Assembly: GCA_965203865.1 (NCBI GenBank)
Contig: OZ241916.1
Span: forward strand, 2,872,738 to 2,936,737
Direction: 5' to 3'
DNA length: 64,000 bases
Origin: Arenicellales bacterium
GTDB lineage: Bacteria; Pseudomonadota; Gammaproteobacteria; Arenicellales; JAJDZL01
The first letter of the stretch is position 1. Every line of letters starts with the position of its first letter. The notes beneath the pieces were generated by a model, which was not told where the DNA came from, searched no databases, and was given only the letters and a program-made list of their open reading frames with translations. The position numbers and the translations under genes are program-made. This document shows, piece by piece, positions 57,117-64,000 of the stretch.

Positions 57117-57563
57117 ATGCGAATCATCATGAGAAAAAACCAGGACAGTTTGCCTGCTACCGACAACCCGGTACTTGGACCAAGGACACTTGCTCCACCG
57201 CCAAAGCTATCGCCTACTCAACAACTGCTTATGAAATTGGAAGCTTATCAGAACATGCCAGAAGACGAGCGATGGCCACCTGCGAAGTGGCCTGAAGAGA
57301 AAGCATTTGAAGATGCCTATAACTTCATCCAGCACCTTGATCTCAATTCAGTTCCTATGCCGATTATCACCTTGGCTGATGATGGCGAGGTTAATTTTTT
57401 TTGGAAGAATGCCTCTGTCCATGTTGACCTTGGTTTCTATGGAACAGGTACTTACTCCTACTTTGCCTGCCATACAGACGGGCGCAAATTTATTGGCGAA
57501 GTTGAACCGGCTCGGAAAGGATTACCTTCCGAGGTGATTCAGCTATTCCGAGAGGTCAAATAA
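57117..57563 (+). CDS. hypothetical protein carrying the same C-terminal domain as 54647..55750
   Basis: The likely start is the internal MRIIMRKNQ of the 193-aa ORF. The shared pattern is W...P....F.......L.....P.P......DG.....W......D (SVPMPIITLADDGEVNFFW vs DVPLPYTYPKPDGGIQLEW). Confidence 0.6.
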   Translation: MRIIMRKNQDSLPATDNPVLGPRTLAPPPKLSPTQQLLMKLEAYQNMPEDERWPPAKWPEEKAFEDAYNFIQHLDLNSVPMPIITLADDGEVNFFWKNASVHVDLGFYGTGTYSYFACHTDGRKFIGEVEPARKGLPSEVIQLFREVK

Positions 57564-57599
57564 ACTGGTTAAAGCTTACGTATGGCAGATTTAACGAAA

Positions 57600-57784
57600 C
57601 ATGCCTCTAACTATAAGTAAGGAAAGCCAGAATCAGCACATGAACAACTGCGGTTTGCGGCATTCGTTCCGGCCGCTGAGGGTTTCAGTAGCGGATATTG
57701 AAGGGGAAAACAAACTCGCCAGCATACTCATTCAGACCGTTTCGTTGTATGATTCGACAACCCTTTATAATAGTTATAGGCATG
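57600..57784. mobile_element. MITE-like element, copy B (185 bp) with an 8-bp target-site duplication
   Basis: Terminal inverted repeats CATGCCTCTAACTAT / ATAGTTATAGGCATG (14 of 15 matched). It is flanked on both sides by TAACGAAA (57592..57599 and 57785..57792). Confidence 0.7.
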
Positions 57785-58116
57785 TAACGAAAAATCAGCA
57801 TTGTGTCACTCAGTAGGCCGGATTCATTCTCTAGCCGCAAGAATCATTTTAAAATGCCGGTAGGTGAATGACAGTTCAGCAGGTTTGGTTTAGCTGAAGT
57901 GGCGTAAAAGGTGGCATGAAGGAAGGTTGGTTTCCAGAGATATAGAGCTGTACATTTTTGTCCCTGTTCCAAGTATTTACGCCTGCAATCAAACCCTCAA
58001 AATCATTAATTTCACCTCAATAAAGAACATGACATCTTGATTTTCTTGTCCTCAAGGTATGAAAATTTTGTTAAACTAAGTTGTTGAGCAATCCGTTGGA
58101 CTAAAAGATTTCTATT

Positions 58117-60309
58117 ATGCCGACTTCAAACACAGCATTGAAGGGCAATGCAGGGCAATTTGCTACTGAATTGCAACTTGCTTCAGTGAACCAAGAAGCC
58201 TTGCCAATCCATATTCACCCGAGAGTCTTCGCAGCACTGGGGGCAGACCTTGTTACAGATGATGTTGTCGCCGTTGTAGAGCTGGTAAAAAACTCATATG
58301 ATGCGTTTGCACATAATGTTTGGGTAAGATTTACCGAAGATTCGAATGGAAACTTGGAATTGGAAATTGAAGATGATGGCCACGGTATGTCCAGAGAGAG
58401 CATCGAAAACTCATGGTTTGTAGTTGCTACACCACTTAAGCAGCAAAACCCTTATGTAAAAAAAGGCAATAAAACTCGCCGGGTAGTAGGTGAAAAGGGA
58501 TTGGGTCGTCTATCTGCTGCAAGACTCGGAACAAAATTGTTGATGCAAACAAAGGCGGATCAAAACCCTTGCTGGGAGGTTGTGGTTGACTGGGATACAC
58601 TGTTCCGACACGATCGAATGGAAGACTGTAGTCTTGAAATAAGGAAATTGCCTGATGATTCCCGGGTTGCAAGAGCAGGCACATATATAAAAATATCTAG
58701 TCTGAGAAGCATTTGGAAAGACAAGCAAATTGCAAATCTTGAAAACGGATTAAGGCGAATTATAAATCCCTTGTTTAAATCTGATGATTTCAAGATTCAT
58801 TTTTTGAAGCCAGGCTCCACAGAATTAGAGAAAATAGAAATTACTTCACATGACTTTCTTGAAAACCCCAAATACAGAATATATGGGCACTCCGATAAAT
58901 ATGGTAATGTTAATTGGAAGTACGAGTACAGTTCAATTGATTGCAACAAGAGTCGTGAGTATGAATCTAAATTGTATTGGGAACAGATCTTCAATAGCAT
59001 TCAAGAAAGCGATAAAGACCACTTATCTTCAGAATCTGTTCAATGTGGACCATTCTCCTTTGAAGTGCGCGCATGGGATCTGCAAGCAGAAGATACTGAA
59101 GAAATCGCAGACAAATATGAAATCCGGAAAAACGAAATTCGAAAATCCATCAGTGCATTCAAAGGTATTTCTGTTTACCGAGACAATGTATTGATATTGC
59201 CCAAAACAGAAAATTCAAGAGATTGGCTTGGACTTGATGCTCGAAGAATTGCCAGAGTCGGCACACGCTTAAGTACATCTCAAATTGTTGGCTATGTATC
59301 TATCTCTAGTGAAGACAATCCTGGAATAAAAGATACAAGCGACAGAGAACGACTTGCAGATTGCGTTGAAGTAGAAAAGTTTCGAGAAATTTTACGTGCT
59401 ATTGTAGGGCTATTTGAAGTTGAAAGAGATGAAGATAGAATCAAGCGGGAAATTGAAAAACCCATGAAGGATTTATTTGCACAAATAGAACCTCAAGAAT
59501 TATTCACAAATATAAATAGCAAGTTAAAAGAAGGTGCTGACTCATCGGAAGTTATTCAATTGATGGATCAGATGAGGGATTCATTGGCTGAGACGCGTAA
59601 TACGATTCAATCTCGTTTTGTTTACTATAGTAGATTGGCAACAATTGGTACCATTGCGTTTTATTTGATTCACGAAATACGAAACAAAACATTCGTAATT
59701 GGTGGGCTAATAAGAGTATTGGAAGGAACTGATATTTATTTGAATAACACAGATATAAAAAAGGCATGTATAAGAGCGAGGGAGTCAATTCATTCATTGG
59801 AGAGGTTGGCGGATACTTTTGCTCCGTTAGCTAGTCGAAATTTTAGACGTCGTGCCAGAAGTTCGGTGCTAGAAGAGAGAATCAAAAGTTGTATTGAACT
59901 CCAGCAAATATCACTTGAATCAAAGCATATTGTATGCGTAGTTCCAGATTCAATTACAAAGGTGGCGGCAGATCCTGGGGAACTTGACACAATAATATTG
60001 AATTTAATAACAAACTCAGAATACTGGCTTTGTCAAATTCCAAAGGCACAAAGAAAATTGATTTTTGAGTGTGATATTCAAAACAGTGGAAAGTTTGTTC
60101 GTATTACTGTAAGCGATACAGGCCCAGGTATAGAAAAAGAAGATTTGGAGAAAGTGTTTCTACCTGGGGTCACGCGAAAACCAAATGGTCTTGGAATGGG
60201 CCTTACGGTTGCGGCAGAGCTGGCTTCGATTTACAACGGAAACATTCACACAATACATACCAACGGGAATGGTGCAGTTTTTGTGTTTGATCTGCCTCTT
60301 TTGAAATAA
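58117..60309 (+). CDS. cytoplasmic MORC-like GHKL ATPase module fused to a histidine-kinase transmitter (HisKA-like plus a second HATPase_c)
   Basis: 730-aa ORF. First GHKL: VVELVKNSYDAF, EIEDDGHGMS, GEKGLGRLSA. A mid-region (GISVYRDNVLILPK...DWLGLDARR...SDRERL) follows. H-box YLIHEIRNKT. Second GHKL: ILNLITNSEYW, VSDTGPGIE, GLGMGLTVA. No hydrophobic TM segment was seen by eye. Confidence 0.85.
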   Translation: MPTSNTALKGNAGQFATELQLASVNQEALPIHIHPRVFAALGADLVTDDVVAVVELVKNSYDAFAHNVWVRFTEDSNGNLELEIEDDGHGMSRESIENSWFVVATPLKQQNPYVKKGNKTRRVVGEKGLGRLSAARLGTKLLMQTKADQNPCWEVVVDWDTLFRHDRMEDCSLEIRKLPDDSRVARAGTYIKISSLRSIWKDKQIANLENGLRRIINPLFKSDDFKIHFLKPGSTELEKIEITSHDFLENPKYRIYGHSDKYGNVNWKYEYSSIDCNKSREYESKLYWEQIFNSIQESDKDHLSSESVQCGPFSFEVRAWDLQAEDTEEIADKYEIRKNEIRKSISAFKGISVYRDNVLILPKTENSRDWLGLDARRIARVGTRLSTSQIVGYVSISSEDNPGIKDTSDRERLADCVEVEKFREILRAIVGLFEVERDEDRIKREIEKPMKDLFAQIEPQELFTNINSKLKEGADSSEVIQLMDQMRDSLAETRNTIQSRFVYYSRLATIGTIAFYLIHEIRNKTFVIGGLIRVLEGTDIYLNNTDIKKACIRARESIHSLERLADTFAPLASRNFRRRARSSVLEERIKSCIELQQISLESKHIVCVVPDSITKVAADPGELDTIILNLITNSEYWLCQIPKAQRKLIFECDIQNSGKFVRITVSDTGPGIEKEDLEKVFLPGVTRKPNGLGMGLTVAAELASIYNGNIHTIHTNGNGAVFVFDLPLLK

Positions 60310-60337
60310 GCACAATTTCTGCTTTGAGTGTGTTATT

Positions 60338-61492
60338 GTGAAAATACTTGTTATAGAAGATGAGGACCATGTAATTGATACAATTCAGGATCTTTTGTCG
60401 AAGGAAGAACCTGCATGGAATCTTGAAGGAATATCTTTCAAATGTGCAGAAAAAAAGCTTGTGTCGTTTCGACCAGATGTTGTAATACTTGATATATTTG
60501 ATGGTGAAATTGATCCGAGTAACGCAGCCGGCGGCAAGTTACACAATTTTGTTTGGAACGAACATTTCTGCCCAATTGTAGTATTTTCTGCGAGACCCTA
60601 TCAAACTGAAATCAAGGATGATAACCATCCATTTAGGCGATTTGTAGAAAAAAGTAGTGATAGTTATGATGAGCTTGTAAATATTCTACGAGAATTTCAA
60701 CCCCACATTAAGTCAATAAACGTTACATTCTCTTACATACAAAAGAATTTGTATGGTGTCTTACGAGACGTGGCACCTCAAATTTTTCAAGAAATTGATG
60801 ATGATAATGGTGCTGAACGTCATGAGGCAATTAAAAGAGCAAGCAGACGGAGATTGGCTGCGCTAATGGATGAAAGTCCAAATGGAGATGCTAAGCTTGT
60901 CGGCTGGGAACAATATATATTTCCTCCAATAAACGAGGATTGCTTGCTAGGAGATGTAATAATCAAATCTGGCGGGTCGAATTCAGAGCCGTCCGATTTT
61001 CGAATCATTTTGTCTCCTTCATGCGACCTTGTCAAACGGCCAAAACCGAAAATCAAAGAGATTCTGGTTGCAAAGTGCTGTTCAGTTGCAGATGGCTTAT
61101 ACAAGGCGAACAAAAAGGACATGAAAAAGAATGATAAAAATAAGGAAACTATTGAAGGAATTCTTAGACAAGGTTACATAAATTCTGTTATTCCTTTACC
61201 GAAATTAAAAGGCAAGATTCCTAATATGTTCGCAGATATGAAAGATTTGGAACTTGTGGCATGGGAAAATATCATCGACAAAGAAGAGTCAGGTTCAAGG
61301 GAAGAAATCGGAGACAAAGAAAAATCACAACCAAAATATTATAGAGTTGCCTCGGTTGATAGTCCATTTCGTGAAATGATTTCACAAGTATATCAGTTAG
61401 TTTCGACTAGGCCAGGATTGCCGGAAAGGGACTTTGAATCCTGGGTAAAAGAACTTTCGGAAGAGCCGTGGGGAAAAAATGAAGGCGATTGA
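60338..61492 (+). CDS. response-regulator receiver protein with an unassigned ~260-aa output domain
   Basis: 384-aa ORF with a GTG start. REC motifs: MKILVIEDEDH, phospho-acceptor context RPDVVILDI (Asp52), IVVFSA. The remainder (e.g. FRIILSPSCDLVKRPKPKIKEILVAKC) contains no HTH or enzyme motif I recognise. Confidence 0.8.
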   Translation: MKILVIEDEDHVIDTIQDLLSKEEPAWNLEGISFKCAEKKLVSFRPDVVILDIFDGEIDPSNAAGGKLHNFVWNEHFCPIVVFSARPYQTEIKDDNHPFRRFVEKSSDSYDELVNILREFQPHIKSINVTFSYIQKNLYGVLRDVAPQIFQEIDDDNGAERHEAIKRASRRRLAALMDESPNGDAKLVGWEQYIFPPINEDCLLGDVIIKSGGSNSEPSDFRIILSPSCDLVKRPKPKIKEILVAKCCSVADGLYKANKKDMKKNDKNKETIEGILRQGYINSVIPLPKLKGKIPNMFADMKDLELVAWENIIDKEESGSREEIGDKEKSQPKYYRVASVDSPFREMISQVYQLVSTRPGLPERDFESWVKELSEEPWGKNEGD

Positions 61493-62501
61493 CTTTTTTT
61501 GCGGTGCTGGAGGGTTGACGCGAGGATTGGTGCAATCAGGAATTGACGTGGTTGCAGGTCTTGATATAGATAGTAGTTGCCAAGCTACCTACGAATACAA
61601 CAATAAGGGAATACAATTCATTCGAGAGGATATCAAGAATGTAAACTCAGAATTATTGAAGAATCTTTACTCCGAAAAAGACGTGCTGCTATTTGCGGGA
61701 TGTGCTCCTTGCCAGCCTTTCAGTCATCACAGGAAGAGTAGTCCCAAATCGGATAGCGCGAGACTTCTTAAAGAGTTTGGTAGACTGGTAGTATCGGCAT
61801 TGCCAGATTACGTGTTGATGGAAAATGTACCAGGTATGGCCAAAGTTCTTGGATATAGCACGTATCGAAGATTTTTGAATGCATTGAGAAACTGCAACTA
61901 CAATTGCAAATCAGAAGTTCTAAACGCTAAATACTTCGGTGTTCCCCAAAATCGCAAACGATTGGTTTTGATTGCCGCCAAAAACAAAATTCCAACTCTT
62001 CCTGTGCCTGAATTTGGTGAAAGGGACCAACCATTTCGAACAGTGAGAGATGCTATATCTCATCTACCGAAGATAGTTGCCGGTGAGAACCATGGTTCGG
62101 TGAATAACCATGTAGCTGCAAGCCTTTCCAAATTGAATTTGGAAAGGCTACGATTCACACCATCTGACGGCGGTGACCGAAGGTCGTGGCCCGACCATTT
62201 GAAGCTCCATTGTCACAGCCATGCACATACGGGTTACACTGATGTATATGGTCGTCTGCGTTGGGATGATGTAGCACCAACATTGACCAGTCGGTGCTAC
62301 AGTTTGTCGAATGGGCGTTTTGGACATCCACAGCAAAATCGAGCCATATCTCTTAGAGAAGCAGCAGCCCTTCAGTCATTTCCGGATGACTATGTCTTCT
62401 TTGGGACAAACACAAAAATTGCAAGACAGATTGGTAATGCGGTACCAATCGAATTGGCGAGGCAGCTGGGACGACACCTGCTTACGATTGAATCAAGCTG
62501 A
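61479..62501 (+). CDS. DNA (cytosine-5)-methyltransferase
   Basis: 340-aa ORF overlapping the receiver gene by 14 nt. Motif I DFFCGAGGLTRG, motif IV GCAPCQPFS, motif VI ENVPG, motif VIII QNRKRLVL, motif X GNAVP. Confidence 0.93.
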   Translation: MKAIDFFCGAGGLTRGLVQSGIDVVAGLDIDSSCQATYEYNNKGIQFIREDIKNVNSELLKNLYSEKDVLLFAGCAPCQPFSHHRKSSPKSDSARLLKEFGRLVVSALPDYVLMENVPGMAKVLGYSTYRRFLNALRNCNYNCKSEVLNAKYFGVPQNRKRLVLIAAKNKIPTLPVPEFGERDQPFRTVRDAISHLPKIVAGENHGSVNNHVAASLSKLNLERLRFTPSDGGDRRSWPDHLKLHCHSHAHTGYTDVYGRLRWDDVAPTLTSRCYSLSNGRFGHPQQNRAISLREAAALQSFPDDYVFFGTNTKIARQIGNAVPIELARQLGRHLLTIESS

Positions 62502-62814
62502 CAGACCAGTTCGAAGAGCAATTCTTCGTTGTCTGTTGCTATAGTACGCATTGATCGACTAATGGCAGAAAGGATGCCGGTAGAAAAAGCTTTTGAAATA
62601 GCTAATACAACTCTAGCGGGAACCGCTCCAGGCAAGTTTTTCTATCTTTTGAAGCGAAAATAAATTATATTTTCTAACCATCTGTGCAACAAAATAATTC
62701 AGGCAGCAGGCATTTTTTAAAAAAAGGTTGAAATTTAAATCAGATTCGGTAACAATTCACATTTATTCCCATAATAATAGAAGGAACATCTTTGTTTATT
62801 CACTTAATCTAGCA

Positions 62815-63141
62815 ATGGTAAATTCAATAACACATATCAGCGACGACACTTTTAATGATGAAGTTGTCAATTCAAAAATTCCGGTAATGGTTGATTACTG
62901 GGCCGAATGGTGCGGGCCGTGCAAAATGATTGCGCCCATACTGGATGAAATTGCAAATGAATACGAAGGCAAGTTGAAAGTGGTGAAACTGAATGTCGAC
63001 GACAATCCTGTAACGCCGCCAAAATACGGGATTCGCGGTATTCCAACGCTGATGATATTCAAGAACGGAGATGTTGAGGCAACCAAAGTTGGCGCAGTTT
63101 CGAAAAAGCAGCTGGTTGCATTTGTCGAAGGTGCCGTATAG
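62815..63141 (+). CDS. trxA: thioredoxin
   Basis: Internal start [13 protein letters not shown] at 62815. WCGPC active site, and a TrxA-like size of about 108 aa. rho follows. Confidence 0.93.
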   Translation: MVNSITHISDDTFNDEVVNSKIPVMVDYWAEWCGPCKMIAPILDEIANEYEGKLKVVKLNVDDNPVTPPKYGIRGIPTLMIFKNGDVEATKVGAVSKKQLVAFVEGAV

Positions 63142-63344
63142 GTGCCACTTGCAATTAAACACCGGAGTTCGTATATAATGTGCATTGCTTCTTGACGGTT
63201 CCTGTTTTATCAGAGCTATCAAATAATGTAATCATTACCTAATTATTCTTTCCTTTACTTCCTGTAAATTACGCAACAATTGAACTGACAGACGTCTTAA
63301 AGGACGCTCAATGACAAATCGCTCAACAATGCGAGGCAACTTAT

Positions 63345-64000
63345 ATGGCAATCAGCCTTAATGAACTTAAAACAAAAACACCTGCCGAATTGGCGGATTT
63401 GGCGCGAGACAACCACGTAAACGGCGCTTCCAGAATGCGCAAGCAGGACCAGATTTTCGCCATTCTCAAAGCGGAAGCGAAAAATGGCGGCACGATTACT
63501 GGCGAAGGCGTTATGGAGATTTTGTCAGACGGCTTCGGGTTTCTGCGCTCGCCTGCAAGCTCTTATCTTGCAGGTCCCGACGATATCTACGTATCGCCCA
63601 GTCAAATCCGGCGATTCAATCTCAGAACCGGCGACACAGTCTCGGGACTGGTTCGCCCCCCCAAAGAATCTGAACGATACTTCGCCTTATTAAAGGTAGA
63701 GCAGATCAACGATCAACCTCTTGACCGCATCAAAGGGAAAGTCCTGTTCGAAAATCTCACTCCGCTTCATCCCGACGAAAGAATGAGGCTTGAACGCGGC
63801 AATGGAAGCACGGAGGATCTGACCGCCCGCATCATTGATTTGATTGCGCCGATCGGCAAGGGACAACGCGGCTTGATTGTCTCGTCGCCGAAAACCGGAA
63901 AAACAGTGATGCTTCAGCAGATTGCCCATTCCATCACCGCTAACAACCCGGAGTGTCACCTTATCGTACTGCTAATTGACGAGAGACCCGAAGAAGTTAC
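63345..64000 (+). CDS. rho: transcription termination factor Rho (5' part, runs off the window)
   Basis: Hand translation from the ATG at 63345 gives [25 protein letters not shown]...[14 protein letters not shown]...[16 protein letters not shown]...[21 protein letters not shown] (Walker A). It is absent from the ORF track because no stop falls in the window. Confidence 0.93.
   Translation, partial: MAISLNELKTKTPAELADLARDNHVNGASRMRKQDQIFAILKAEAKNGGTITGEGVMEILSDGFGFLRSPASSYLAGPDDIYVSPSQIRRFNLRTGDTVSGLVRPPKESERYFALLKVEQINDQPLDRIKGKVLFENLTPLHPDERMRLERGNGSTEDLTARIIDLIAPIGKGQRGLIVSSPKTGKTVMLQQIAHSITANNPECHLIVLLIDERPEEV

Noticed and set aside
54416-57784. Retron-like interpretation of the two elements (terminal inverted repeats resembling a1/a2 of msr-msd).
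   Set aside because: No reverse transcriptase gene, and no protein with RT motifs (e.g. YxDD), occurs anywhere in the window. The 8-bp flanking duplication fits transposition better.
63690-63959. 89-aa minus-strand ORF.
   Set aside because: It is antisense to the clearly identifiable rho gene, which the track misses because it has no stop in the window.

Overview
All calls come from reading the sequence and the supplied ORF track by eye. No searches were run, and repeat coordinates were derived by hand. The window looks like a proteobacterial, probably gammaproteobacterial, chromosome segment. This is an inference from the conserved backbone: parE-parC, a phosphomannomutase gene with lpdA-sucB-sucA, thyA-folA and trxA-rho. 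It carries an unusually dense load of accessory modules. In order: (1) A five-gene Dnd/Ssp-like DNA sulfur-modification module follows parE-parC. It comprises a GHKL ATPase, two unknowns, a PP-loop PAPS-reductase-family protein and a cysteine desulfurase. Its first start codon overlaps the parC stop, and its first gene contains a C11 tract. (2) A minus-strand envelope operon is built around a MotA/ExbB-type channel, a 54-aa membrane protein missing from the ORF track, and two ExbD/TolR-like anchors fused to coiled coil plus vWA domains. A PEGA-FGE protein, a TPR protein, a lipoprotein and a highly repetitive secreted protein accompany them. (3) Core metabolic genes follow. (4) tRNA-Pro(UGG) is flanked on one side by an ABC-type ATPase plus RloB/Toprim pair and on the other by a DUF262-like / DUF3696-like ATPase / unknown triad. 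(5) A giant Calx-beta autotransporter adhesin locus is tandemly duplicated (about 5.9 kb per unit). Each copy has a poly-G tract about 310 nt upstream, and the tract lengths differ (12 vs 10). (6) thyA and folA are split by a small cassette next to a relic folA 5' end. (7) A mosaic patch holds 424-bp direct repeats, two MITE-like elements, toxin-antitoxin relics and a two-gene cassette. (8) A three-gene operon sits just upstream of trxA-rho: a MORC-like GHKL module fused to a histidine-kinase transmitter, a receiver protein with an unassigned output domain, and a C5 DNA methyltransferase. My best candidates for an undescribed system are (8), (2) and the two modules flanking tRNA-Pro. The PT-like module (1) is a non-canonical variant of a known theme. 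No CRISPR array, rRNA, reverse transcriptase, intact transposase or integrase was seen.
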